Shown here: positions 13,201 through 26,829 of the stretch, piece by piece
Layout: the number at the start of each line of letters is the position of its first letter
Numbering within the stretch: the stretch's first letter is position 1
NCBI GenBank assembly: GCA_910592345.1
Contig: CAJVPI010000114.1
Span: forward strand, 1-52,592
DNA: 52,592 bases
DNA from: Paraglomus brasilianum
Taxonomy: Eukaryota
Direction: 5' to 3'
The notes under the pieces: generated by a model
The model's input: the letters and a program-made list of their open reading frames with translations, nothing else
The model's database searches: none
What the model was told of the DNA's origin: nothing
Translations under genes and position numbers: made by a program

Positions 13201-15619
13201 ATGTGAAGAAATGTTGGCATTCACAATGGAGACAGAAAAAGTGATGTGAATGGTGTATATAATGCATACAATACGCATGATATTACGCAGAAGCATCACC
13301 ATGTCCGAACCCATCGTCGTCGAACTGTTTGTTTACGCCCATTATCTTAGACGTAGCACAATCCCACACTCTCACACTCTTTCCCTCGTAATTTTCTTAT
13401 ATAATCCATTCGTGTAACAGCCTGTCAAAATGTAACAATACAAAAACAATAACATTAATTATATGCGACTAATAAGGTTTGTCGTCCGTGAAACAAGAGA
13501 AGCGCTTGAACAAACAGCTCATTGTTCCTCCTCCACTTTTTCACGAGAAAAGTTTTATTAAAAATAGACTCTACAATGGCAACCATGGGCGACGCATAAC
13601 TACAATACCTGCAATGTTGGGCATTCTTCAATCCATGCTTATCTACAAGGACCGACCAAAAGCTTATCTTTCAAGCGAGCAATGCTTATTTTTGGGATAT
13701 TGTTCCAAGGACAGATGAGGAAAGGCGGGAACAATTTGATAGAGTTGCTAATTGTGACTTTGAGCCGTTGTTCTGTAATGATTGACCCCCCATCCCCAAT
13801 TGAGATCGACTTGGGAGTCTGGTGACAACCCGTTGTTGAAAGTGGGGGGTGTGTGTAAAGAAAGGAATGGATTTTAAAGGGAAAAAAAATAGACGATACT
13901 AGATACATACGGAATTAATTAGAATATTGAATTGGGAAAGGGGAAAAAGGAGGGAGCCGTTCCGCCAGATCGCTTGTTGTTTGTATTTAATATTAAATAT
14001 TTACCAAATACAACGTTTCATACAGTATTGATTATCCCATCTCTCTGATAATCTAAACATGACTAACCAATTACCCAGTTCAACCATCTCTGATCCATAG
14101 TACATTGTGAACAGACCATGAAACTAAACATTTACATGAACTTAATTTGCGTTGCAAAGCGATCCAATGAGCTTGGTTTCTATCCTTATCATACCCTCTG
14201 ATATTCGTTTGCTGGTTCCCCTCGCTTATTGTTTATGCTATACATACGCACTTGTAGTAACTTTTCTCCGTTTTCTTCTTCTGCTTCTGCTTCTTCTGCT
14301 TCTTCGATGTCTTGGTGTGTACTTGTGCTCCATTATCTGTAATTAAACCGGCTACAATTAGCGGGTTTCATTATCAAATGCATGTTTACCGTAATTAGAA
14401 ATCGAAAATATGGAAATCGGAAAATTTTGAACAAAATAATGGAAAGAGGCTTTCGAGGGGTTCAAGGGTAAATAAACAAACTAAATAAACTAGGGAGTGT
14501 CTAAGGGCACGTTTTAGTTTTGCATGTTATGATGTTATGATGTTACGATGCTATGATGTCTATATACTGCGGCCTATCATGTTATCGGTGGCTGGCTGGC
14601 TGGCATGTGCATAAGCCGAATAAGCGATTCTCTCGGAGTTACTAGTTACTAAGCACTTTTGCGCCACCAGTAGTATATTCTACATTGGATCTCCTGTTAT
14701 TTCTCGCATACTGGTTGGTTTTACGAGAAGCCGGGCCCCCCTGGTGAGCATCATGGAACAAAAGCACGAGAGGAAAACACTAACAGAATACTGCTGCAGA
14801 CGTTTATACATACAAATAATCGTTATTATATAATATCAGTGTATGCATAACAAAAATGTATATTATTTTTTTCCCGCATCATCAGTTATCGATTGTACTC
14901 GTTCAACCATAATGTGATTTGATGTTTTCAAATATATGTTTGCTTTTTTTTTTATTTACGATCGAATTAACAACGTTTAGTTGGAATTACATTAACTCAT
15001 ATTTGCTCACAAAATTGCTGAATCAATTTGAAACAAATAATAACAGAAAATACTTACAGTAAGAAAATTGTTTGTACAGAAAAGTTAAAGCAAAGAAACA
15101 GCAAGCGAAAAATAAGAAATAAAAAACTTTGAAATAAAAACCAAGACAAAGAAAACTCGAGCGCAAGAAAGCCCTCGAAAGAGTTTGATGTGTGCGTGAA
15201 AATGACAAGTATTTCATGCATGAGCAAGTTAGATTCTCCAAATACAGCCCAAAGAATTCAACGAGCCCCTACATAAAATGAGAAAAGAATAAAAGACTAG
15301 CATTATGTAATAAAAAGTATGCAAAAATTTACAAATGTATTGGATTTTAAGATATTCCAAATGGGAAAAAAGCAAGACTAAGCGCAATCTGCTGGATTTC
15401 GAACGACTCCAACTCTCGTCATACTTAATCTCTCTTTCCCGCAAGTAAATAATGTTATGAAAACAGAACCGAGAGCAAATAAATTTTAATACTGAATATA
15501 GATTTGTGCATTAACGTTAATAGATAAATTATCTCTCTCTCTCACTCTCTCTCCCTCCCGAGACTCGCCCGCCAAGCAATTATTTCTTCCCCATCGATTC
15601 GATTTGATTAGGTATATAG

Positions 15620-16180
15620 TTATACTGGAGTATATTGTCTGAATGTATGACTCTCGGTATTCAATAAGAAATCCAGAGACATCTTCTCAGAGCTTCCCTC
15701 GCTAGTGGACTTCTTTCTCTGCTTACTTCTTGATGGTCTACGCGGACAATATACATAGTTTGGATACATCTTCATGTGCAACTCCTTCTCTCGTTTTGCC
15801 TTTTCGGCATACTGTTGTTTGACAGACTGTGGTTCGTTCGCCCATCGAGCAGCGGCACTCTTGCTGATTCTTGACAGTTCGGATAAAAGTATGTTTGGAT
15901 GTTGTTCTTTGATCTTTTGTTGAAAGTCTCTGCGATATATCATGAAAGAGTTCAAGGGTCTGGGTGGAGTGTCTCTGTTTCGACGACGTTTCGTTGAACG
16001 CTGGGAGAGTTGAGAATTGATGCCATCGGAAGGTGAAGAGGCGGTAGACAATATGGGTTGATAGGCGAATGCAGAGTGAGCGGGAGAAGGATGCGATTGG
16101 TATTGGCTATGTGGATGAAGGAGAGCCGAGTTTGTTTGTGATTCGGCTAGGGCGCGTTTTGTTGGTGTGCGCGATTTCAT
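15620..16180 (-). CDS. Sequence-specific HMG-box (MATA_HMG / Rox1-Ste11 class) transcription factor, 186 aa, single exon
   Basis: HMG box PPRPLNSFMIYRRD...ISKSAAARWANEPQSVKQQYAEKAKREKELHMKMYPNYVYCPRR, basic NLS-like flanks, C-terminal KMSLDFLLN. Confidence 0.92.
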   Translation of the reverse strand: MKSRTPTKRALAESQTNSALLHPHSQYQSHPSPAHSAFAYQPILSTASSPSDGINSQLSQRSTKRRRNRDTPPRPLNSFMIYRRDFQQKIKEQHPNILLSELSRISKSAAARWANEPQSVKQQYAEKAKREKELHMKMYPNYVYCPRRPSRSKQRKKSTSEGSSEKMSLDFLLNTESHTFRQYTPV

Positions 16181-19100
16181 TTTTAGAGATGGTGTTTAGA
16201 TTAAAAAAGGGAAGTTTTTGTTTAGAAGGATTAAAAAAGTATAGATTATTTATTATCGTGCGTTTGTCGGGTGTGGGGGATATTCAATGTCTCTTCGTGA
16301 TATGTGATATAAATAGAGAGAATATATATATCCGGAAGATCTTGGATATCGTTAGGATGTTGATTTTGCGGATCAGACGTTATAACTGTGAATATATATA
16401 TGAAATATGTAGGTAGTATAAATTATGTACAGATAAGTATTGTTATCGCTTTATTGTAATACCGACTGCGGATGTATAATAAGAATCGCAAGTCTACTCT
16501 TGCGAGTTGCTTGTCAACATACGTTTGAGTAAGCGTGATGTGATATTGCCGATATGAGCTTGAAAGTTTGGGTTGAGTAGCGATGAGAAATAATAGTCAG
16601 GTAAGAAGAAAAGTCTGCTGTTATCTTTCTTGTCTTTTTTTTTTTTATGATATTGATTCGAGTCAACCAAAAAGCTGTGGGCAACGCAAGTATTTATATC
16701 AGCAAACAATGGGATCTGTTGAATTTATATTATTTATACTAATTTATGTTAGAATAAGTATTCAATAATACATACTCAATAGTCCATTATATAATAGTGT
16801 AATTTATGACGATCTTTTGATATACCCCCAAGTTTGCAACCCCTCACCCCCAAAATAAATTACCCCTAGCATAACATGATATTAACATATTAACATATTA
16901 AAATATTAACATGCAACGGGTGACATATTATCTATCCAACAATATCAAAGCAAGCAATAACAATACAGTAAAAGATAACAATGTATAACAATATAGTCAC
17001 ACTATCGACCTAATTTTTATTTGTATATGGGATATTTAGAACATCACTGTTCTAATAGACGCAAACATGAGGTAACGACTTGTCGATACACAATGCATAT
17101 CAAAGAACAAATAACCAATTATGCTAGTAGGCGATATCGACAAAATGATAGTAATGGTGCTTTATCATTAAATATCACAATTACGGTCCTGTATAATAGA
17201 CATTGTCTAATCGTCGTAATTATTCAACCGATCGTCTTCGCAGCCTGTTCGTCACTATTGTCAATATCCGGATTAATCATAGTGTGGGTAAAACGGATAT
17301 ACAGCAGATACAGTACAATTGCATCTGCATTACGTATACTACAACAATTGAATATTATCATCTTAATGTAGTATATGATGATTGATGAGAATACGTCAGT
17401 CACATTTCAATGACACATATTTAATTACACATCAGATTCAGCCCACACTCCTGGACGTTGTCATCGGTTATGGCAAAATCAATATGTATATAGTTATCAA
17501 TAGCCACACAGATCTTTATTAGCTGCAATTATACAGTGTCTGCAACAGCCACGTTGGCATTTCTTTCTTTCATTCTTTCATTTATTTATTGCCTTGTAGT
17601 AAGTAATCTACGTGACTATCAATATGTCTGTGTGTTCATTATATTGTAATTAGATAACAAAGACAATAATCCGATTCCGCTACGCTATAACCCAACCCAA
17701 AGCTTTGTTGTCATTTTCATTCTACGTCATCGTTTAATTCCCTTGCTCTTATTCCTACTCTTTCACTCTTATCCTTATTCACAAATCAATGGACAAACTG
17801 TTACAGATATTCCATTCTCTTCCATACTTTGATGCGTTTGTTTGTACTAACGTTGGCATAAATGCCCACAGCCTTATTTCCATCCCGCCGAACTAAATTT
17901 ATCGTTCATTGTCATTTTTTTAACCCTTGTTCATCAAAACAATACTCCTCACGTGATTATCACTCAATGCATACCGTCATAGGTCCGGTGGTATGTCGAT
18001 AGTACCCGAGATGTCACATCGAAAATCTCAAGAGCTACGACAATAGAAACACAACGTCGCAGACACCCGAAAACTCACAATGATTTGATGTTATTAACTG
18101 ACAGTACAATTGTTCTCGTTACTGCGCAACTGGGGGAGGGGGGGGGACAGCCCGATTGTTCTTGTTTACCATCATAGTAAACACCTTGCGATTGTTTTCC
18201 AGCGGGAAAAAAAAAAAAAGCACAGACTCATGCATGCCCGCCAAAGAAGACATTGTCTATGGAGAGCTAAGCTAACGGTACGGTATTTAACATCGCTAGT
18301 ATAATAGTATAGATTAATAAATGACATACACTCTGCCATTTGATTCTTTGGTCAATGAAGATAAATGAGATACAGTATGTCTAGACAAACTAGCCAGCCC
18401 AGAAACCAATACTTTTATCACTTTTGACACAAGCTCATAATGCTCCGTCGCTGGTGTTTGTGTTTTTACCCCACATAACAATGAACGTTGTTGTTGATTT
18501 TCTGCTGCGGATCGCAGAAAACAATAGGAAAAGCCAGATTGTAATAGGAATTACTTTAATAGTTATTTATACGGTTATCTGTAATAGCGTAACCGATATG
18601 TTTAAATGGGAAAAAAAAAATTCTTATTTTATGCTTCCATGTTTCGAAAGACATGCTTTGTGGCTTACGCAGCTGAATTGACAAATCTTAAACACTATAT
18701 AAAGTAATTAGTTTATAGGAAGGCATCGACAATAGCCGAAAAGTGAACAATTAATAGTGCAAATGGGCAATGGCATACAATGTGTATAGTATAAAGATAT
18801 GCAGTGGCAATATAAACTACATAAATAATATAGTACAAATGTATAATAACGGATAATACGCTGCAGTTATGTAGTGTGCTATGTAGTGTGTGTTATGTAG
18901 TGTGTATTGGTGACATGATATATATTAAATTGCTATTAATAGTCAGTACCCCATAGGATAAATAATAAATAATTGATCTGTATTGATACACAACATCCTA
19001 TCTATTGTTAAAATCATTTAGACATATCGTTGACTGCCTTAAAAGTACAAATTAGCCTCTTTTCAACTGGGGATTAACACTTGGACAACAATAGGATAAT

Positions 19101-19523
19101 GGATGATCATCGATGCCTAGAGATAACAGTAGTTTTGTCAGATGCAATTTAATATAAACGAATAATACCGCATAATCAACATGAATCAACATAAAATAAC
19201 GTAAACTAAACAACATAATTATATTGTTTATGGTATGGATCATATGGAAATACTTTCACATCGTTTCATCTGCCATATGTTACTACCGCTGCCTGTTCGT
19301 CTATCATTCTTATCACACACGCAACTTCCCCACATCAGTGATGCACAGCATCGGGTTAATAACGCCCGTCGATCGTCCGTGTTTTCTGCCATTTGTATCG
19401 GGGTTCGGTGAAAAAGATACGAGTCCAAGTGCAAGAGAAATATATCCTTATCGATAATTAATATATTGCACATGACTCGGTAATATCAATGCAATATTAA
19501 TTGCTGTAGAATTCCCGTTGCTA

Positions 19524-19632
19524 ATACACACACACATACATATACAACACACAGACAGACAACACATATACAACACATATACATACAACACATACATACA
19601 ACACATACACATACAACACATATACAACACAC
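19524..19632. repeat. Compound (CA/CATA)n microsatellite
   Basis: atacacacacacatacatatacaacacacagacagacaacacatatac... directly visible. Confidence 0.9.
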
Positions 19633-19965
19633 GCCATATCTCGTTTGATGATCCGTGTATAATTAACTCTTGCAACGAAAAAACATATGATTAATATAAT
19701 AATACAACACATTATTAATATCTAGAGTCTTCGAACGTCAATTCGGGATTGCTTCTATTTGCATATAATTAGTAATAATGATAAGCAATAACGGATTCGC
19801 AAGCGTACGGGTATCGTCATAGTGGAATGGAGATATACATATGCCAGATGGATACTTTAGGAAAGATAATAGTGGGGTAATAAGGAGTAATAATATATGA
19901 TAGCCATGTCAATCGCAGATTTAATAGATGGAGCTTTTCCCGTTATTGTTAACGCGATGTGTGAA

Positions 19966-20078
19966 TGCCTTGTCTGCCTTGCCTGCCTTGCCTGCCTTGC
20001 CTGCCTTGCCAGCCTTGCCTGTCTTGTCTGCTTTCTACCCTGCCTACCTTGCCTGCCTTGCTGCCTTGCCTACCTTGC
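19966..20078. repeat. Degenerate (TGCC/TTGCC)n, ~9-bp period tandem repeat
   Basis: tgccttgcctgccttgcctgccttgcc...; explains the spurious CLP/GRQ ORFs in the track. Confidence 0.9.
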
Positions 20079-21089
20079 TTCGGCTTTTTCTTTGTAAAAA
20101 AATATAGTTTGAAAAAGTTGGTCGCTGAGGTGATACGATTGTTCATGAAAACCAATCAATTTACGACCATACGGAATTAAGCTCAAACTCTACAGATTGG
20201 ACGTTCCGGATTCATACAAATCATCAACACGCATCTAATAATGACTATTCTGTAATCACATAGCTATAAATATTCCTAACAGTAACTCGTTTTATTTTAT
20301 TAATAGTTATATAGCATATTTGCTCTTGTCGTCATTTATTGCCACGTATTTCAAATTGTTCCTTATCAATCTCTGAATGGGGACATCTAATTGACCCTAT
20401 GACCATTGTTCTGCGCTCGAGTTAACAATGATGGTTGGGGTTTTTCGAGCTGTCATTTACTCTGCTTTTGGATGTTTTGTTATACATGTCCGCAACGGAT
20501 TAACCGGTAACGCAGTAATATATCGTATATAGTTATTGTGTAACGCACGGGAAAAAGTTATCGAACACAAGATGATGAATGTTTAATAGTTTTAGGTAAT
20601 GTTGGTAATTTGGTTAGGCAACGTCGGAACAGAACCTATGTTGATGTAGAACAGGTATTATTAATAGCATACACATGAGGTTAATCACTGGGGTTGGCTA
20701 GAAATAGGTAATAATCATGCTGGGCTATTCAGTGCCCCCATTTTAATAATAACAGCAACAATAATAGTAACAATACCACCCACACGAGTTTTATGTCCAT
20801 CACATGTCACCTCATAAAAATAAATATCAATCGTAATAATAATAAATATTAATAAATAGCAAATAGCAAATAGCAAATAGTAAACAACCATAACCCTATT
20901 ACTATCTAATCTTACCAATGGCGTACACATGATTTCGGTTCACCATTTGTAATTAACTCCATATAGAAATAACACTTATTAACACATCTAACAAGAACGT
21001 TCGATCCGTTTGTTATAATCTCGAGTTGTACCGACATTCTTATCAGCTTTTAACACCGTAAATGGTCAGACATATAGCCCATTCTCTTC

Positions 21090-21146
21090 CATCCACAACC
21101 CATCCACAACCATCCACAACCCGTCCACAGCCCACCCACAACCCAC
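21090..21146. repeat. Short tandem repeat, ~11-bp unit catccacaacc
   Basis: catccacaacc catccacaac catccacaacc cgtccacagcc cacccacaacc. Confidence 0.8.
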
Positions 21147-22489
21147 TTGCCCAGCTCACAATAGCACACTCGGGATGATTCTTAGCCTTCTTCTCGCCAT
21201 TGCCACATAATTAACATTTGCTATTCAGTTGTCTATTTTTGTCAGTTTTGTAAACTTTATTTGGCAAAATGGGCGGGAAACTTGAGGTGTTAAAACTGAC
21301 GAATTAGGATAATGACATAATGTTAATGACAAAGCGATATGAGGCTAATTGTGTTAACAGTGATGTCAATTGTTATATGCGTATTACATGAGGGCGGAAT
21401 TGAGTCGACAATACTATAGATGGGAATTCAAGAATGAGATTAAGAATAAAAGACACAATACTGTGCTAGGGGTGATACCAATATGATTGAGTATAATAAT
21501 AGATCTCAATGGTGATGGTAGTGGTGTGGTAAAAACGGTAAAAACCTGACCATCAACAATCGATTATTAATTATAAGCAACGGAAGGATCGGATAATTAA
21601 AATATGATAAGTTATTACTCATATATTAATTATATATTAATAATCAATTATTGGTATTTATTACATCACCAAGATTTCCCTGACCAAGAAATGATTATCT
21701 TTTCTGTATACTAATACAATCGCCGATTTTCGGAATTAAAGTGATAACACATATCACGTGACTAATAGGGGGTTGTTTATCGTGATATCATACAAATGGA
21801 CTAATAGAGTTGTTGCATGAACATGAGCATAAGCATGTAATATATATACATATATATACATATACAAGATATCATAATATAACAAATCTGCGATTATTAA
21901 AGTAAACCACTAATTATGTCATATTAATGTTATCTCTTCACAATGCATACAAGGCATATTTTCATTCAGTTGTCCGCTCTGACTAAGCAATTATATACGC
22001 CAAACTCACTCAATAAGTGCATCCACATTCAGCCCCCCACTAAATAAATTCTGTACCATTGAGCTTATTTTTTCCTCTTCCACATTCACAATGGCACTGA
22101 CATATGTATTATCTATAAATATTCCTTTCGTCCACTTACCATTATCCAATCATTACAAAATAAGCCAACTTGGCGTCATAACAGACGCCCACGCTTTTTC
22201 ACTGTGCTCATACTGAAATCATTTTCATCATCACAGTCTGCTTCAGCTATCACAACAATGGACCATTATTTCCCGAATCAGTGTCATTAAGCCATCCCAA
22301 GAAAATCGTTCGGCCATCTCCAATCCGATTTCCATCGACGTCATTGTCATACAAATAATGGACAGAAATACAATTTGAATAATGTGACAAAGCCCATTCC
22401 CATAATGACAACTTGTGATTGTAACGAATTTAGTGCTGAATAACAAGATGTAGACAATACAAAATGTTTAAATATAGTTCATGCGTTGC

Positions 22490-22592
22490 ATGTATATAAT
22501 TATATAATGTGTATATAATTATATAATGTGCATTAGGTATATTATGTATATTATGTATATTATATATTATATATTATATATTATATATTATA
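22490..22592. repeat. AT-rich tandem/microsatellite (tatattat)n
   Basis: tgtatataattatataatgtg twice, then (tatattat/tatattatg)n. Confidence 0.8.
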
Positions 22593-23689
22593 CAGTTCAT
22601 TATTAACATGTTTGTATTAACCAGATTCTACTGTCAAAAATCCCCCCTCTTTTCCCCCTATCCTTCGATTTCCAAATCCACACATAGCTGCGGAGAATTT
22701 ACTGTGGAGAATAGGTTAAACGCCCGACAGAAAGACCTCGTGGCCTGGGTCAGTGCGCTTTGTTTACCATGATTGTAAAGCCTTATCTCCAGAGGACATA
22801 CACTTATTGCTCATTTTAGTTATCGGGGGAGAAAATGGACCTGACCGATGAACTATAAGAATGCATGTAGTGCATATAATGAAAAGCATGAATAAGAGCT
22901 GGGGTTGATTGTGTTCTGCGGAGTGATCAGGATACAATGTCCAAATAATCTTGATGTAACAGTATTCATTTTGTAATATTGCCCCGGAGTGATTGACAGT
23001 TTCTCCACAATCGATTAACCCCCTCCCATTCAATAAGGATAATATCTTGCTTTTCCAAATGGACAATGAGCCAATAAAGAACTGTTAGTCGTCATTGAAT
23101 AAAGTACACAACTAACTAAAAACGACTAAAAATCAAAAGGTTTAACCTCTTGTGTTAATTGAATTAAAAGAAAAATATTGCCAATCTGATCACTTTTCCC
23201 ACCTCCTTTGTTTCAACCCCATTCCCTTCATACTATCCATTCTGCAATTTCATGCTTTCACGCTAACGTCCGAATCTTTATCTTTTATTCTATTACCCAT
23301 AATAAAGAATTCCCATTAACACAATGAAATAGAACTTGCATGCATATATGCGGATATATCTGATACTACACAATGCTATACGATGCACATATGCCTTGTT
23401 TGACTAATTTGATAAATTAACAAGGAAATTTAGGCAGACAGTGATTGTTCAACATTTTTCGATTAGGGAAACTCTTATGCAATTCGGAATAAAGAAGAGA
23501 GAAGAGAAGCATGTTAAGAATTGTTTGCAGGATGAATGAATGTGCGTCATTGAAAAAACTGGACATTTAAAAATTGTTGACCCCTACAATAAGCCGTCGT
23601 AATCGTTCACGATAATATACATTAACATTTTTATATACTTATTACCCGAGGAATCACTGTTAACCATAGACACCCCCGTTCCTATTTGA

Positions 23690-23792
23690 CCCCCCCCCCT
23701 CTATTCCCCCTATTCCCCCCATCCACCCATTCCCCCCATTCCCCCCATCCACCCATTCCCCCCATTTCCACTCCCAACTCCCTACTCCCCAC
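23690..23792. repeat. C-tract repeat (tattccccc-like); G-quadruplex-competent on the minus strand
   Basis: About a dozen runs of 3 or more C separated by short loops. Confidence 0.75.
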
Positions 23793-26034
23793 TCTCGACT
23801 TACCCTGTCCATTGATCTACTCATCGCGTACAAGTTTTCCCAATAACCGTTACTTGTGCGAATTGTTCTTTATCTTTTTGCTTACCAATAAGCGAAAACA
23901 ATACTAATCCATCTTTGCATTGGGTTGATCGGTGGAAAATGATGTTACCAATTTAACAAATTTGCAATTTAACAAATGACTCTTGAACTGGATTGTTGTC
24001 TCAACAACGAATGCAATTATTGGTGCCGGAAGGAGGCCTTGTCTAGTCGGTTAAATGAGATGCTTATCTTGCATAAGAGATCTTTATGCGTAAAATTTGA
24101 TCACACGCATAATCCAGCCGTTCCTTGTAAACGCACAAACATCTTCTTTGTTGCAAAGATATCTCACAATCTTACATCGAACAAAAGCTTGAATGTAAGC
24201 GATACGTTCAGCAAGAGTAAATTGCCAAGTCCATTATCATGACATAAAGCATATATACGCGATTACACTGTAAAAAGTGATGAACGGAAACACAATTGTT
24301 GTTGTGTAAGAATAGGCCTTTGTTGTGGTTAGGGGACCGTACTGGACTGATGCACATCAGATGGGCTGTTGTCAAAGAAAAGTATACGCTTACAAGTGAG
24401 AGATATTGTTTTAACCCGAATACTTTGTATATTCGCTTTATCCTCATTTGTAATTTTTTCGGTTTAAGATTTTCTGTCACTCTGTCACTATGAATTGCGC
24501 AAGAAAAACCTTACGCATAATTAGTGGTCCCTTCCCAAAAAGTAGAACACGAAACAGCGATACGGGATAGGTGGTCAGTGGGAACAATACTAAGAGAGAC
24601 GGAATAATCATTTATAGTTAATATTAATTAACGTAATTTGTATGTAATCAATATGCATATTGAAACATGCTTATTAGTTTGTATGATTGTTGGATGATCC
24701 CGTAGGTGACGCCACTGCTGAGAATAGTATGTAAATAGTAGGTACTAGTATGTTGTGAATTGTGTTGATGTGTTTGCGCACTGGACTGGGTAATGTAAGA
24801 TTGTTTTTTGTTATGATTACAGTGCAGTCGAGTGTGTCGCTCTAGATAGGCAAGAATAATACTAAGATTGATTGTCAGCATTATTATTATATGCACCATT
24901 TATTTCTTACATCGTCGTATATCCCATATTTGTAGAGATCAGCATTGGCATTAATCCTTATATGGACAGCTGTAGTATGCGGATTACCCATGCATAAAAC
25001 ATTGTTCAAGAATTAAGGTTTGGGGTGTCCGGATTATATTAATTATAGCGGGAATAGTCGAGACAGCATTTCATTACGTTGTGTAATAAATAGTTCATAA
25101 TATAATATGTTTGATTATATAAACTGAAGTTAGCGCAGCGCTAGCGCATGTTGTTGGTATTGACAATGTTTACATTACACATTTAATAAATAAGAAGAAT
25201 TGTATCAATCATCAGACCAAAAACATTCTGACATTCCGCTTTGCCTTCGCCCTGTGATGATTTATCCTGTGTTTCAGACTACAACAAAAGACAAACAAAA
25301 CAAAGTGAACCATTACGCCATGAGGAGTCAGGAGTCTGTTAATCCAAAAACTTCAAAACAAAAGGAATTAACCAATAAATCGATCGTTTCAAAGATGATT
25401 GTTCATAAACCAGTGTCTTAATTCTCATTATTTAGTTAATTCAGGCTTTTACTTTATTACTCTAGGTTTACTAAGAATAGTCTGACTTCTTTATGCTTCA
25501 AACTATGACCTAACAATAGCCTCCAACTATTTCCAAATTTATTATATTTATTGATATTTTGCGCAAATTCCGTGTTATTTACTAAATAATAATAATAAAA
25601 GTTGACCGAAAATGACGACAAGTAAAACTAGCATCTACTCCTCTCTGGATGTCATAAACTGGCGACCTTTTATAATGTGTGTATGGCTATTGACTAATGT
25701 CTTTTTACTCCTTATGTTGATATTGAATCTAGTCCAAAATCTTTTTTACAACTGACTTGCGGATTTTGGTTTCGTTACAGCCATCTAAACGATGCTATTA
25801 ACCATAGTTTATTCAAAGTCCATTATATCTTTTCTTGCTACTCACCGCTTCTTATTTCTTACAACTATTGATAGCCATCCGAGAACTGCAGATGCCAAGT
25901 GACCATTTGCATAGGTTTCCTTCGGCTCATTAAGTAACAAGTTCGTGATCAATCATTCGAAGATGCTGTCATCACTGGAGATTGAGCTTTTACTGAACAA
26001 GCACCCATATGTGAACACTCAAGGCAATTACTAT

Positions 26035-26131
26035 CACTGGATTACGCAAGTCCTAGTATACGCAGGCACTGGATTACGCAAGTACTAGTATACGCAGGTA
26101 CTGGATTACGCAGACACTTGGATTACGCAGG
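26035..26131. repeat. 32-bp tandem repeat cactggattacgcaagt(c/a)ctagtatacgcagg, two full and two partial copies
   Basis: tggattacgca occurs four times within ~95 bp. Confidence 0.85.
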
Positions 26132-26829
26132 CGTATATGCAGCCAGTCGGTACATAACAAGTGGACGCTTCTACTATATTGGGAAAGAGCTCTCATTAAT
26201 GACGATGTATAAACGAAAATATCAGCATTGAGTCAAATAAATTATTCGGGCCGTTATTTCGGTTGTAAACGCGGGGCGATGACGGATGCGTAACGGCTGC
26301 GTGACGGCTGCGTGACGGTTTCTCACACCACTTTATGATTGTATTTAGTAATCATGCCAGATTCGTGTTCCCTATCATGCGTCTAGGCGAATAATGGTGA
26401 TAATGACAGAACTTCTTCAGAAAGTCAAAGTTACCGGTGCGAGTAATGAGTAAAGATGCTTTGCGTGGCGTTGTATAATCACTCTGTCCATATTGTCTTT
26501 GAGCAAGTCAATCTTTCGACAAGGCCCCCACCGTAGATCAGAATATTCAAAGAGTATTATACTTGCTTCATGACGCCAGGGAACTGTCTGATACTAAAAC
26601 GTTCAATTATGCGTATTTTCACATTATAATGTGAGCGGAAGCAGTCGATGGACATCTCAGCTAACATCTCAGCTTAACTTATGGTGAGGCCATGTCTAAG
26701 ATTATAACAGTCGTTATCCTAGAACAGCGTTATTCATGCTAAGGTCGGATACGTAGGTAACTTTCTTCGATGCAAACGTATGGTAAAATTATACGAAAGC
26801 AGGTTTTTAGTATTAACAACGTTCATGTA

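Noticed and set aside
19448..20180. Cys-rich ORFs (MCCMCMCC.., CLPCLPCLP.., GRQGRQ..) as metallothioneins or real proteins
   Set aside because: They are translations of CA/CATA and TGCC microsatellites in several frames.
26035..26131. 32-bp repeats as CRISPR or iterons
   Set aside because: The units are head-to-tail without unique spacers; an ordinary minisatellite.
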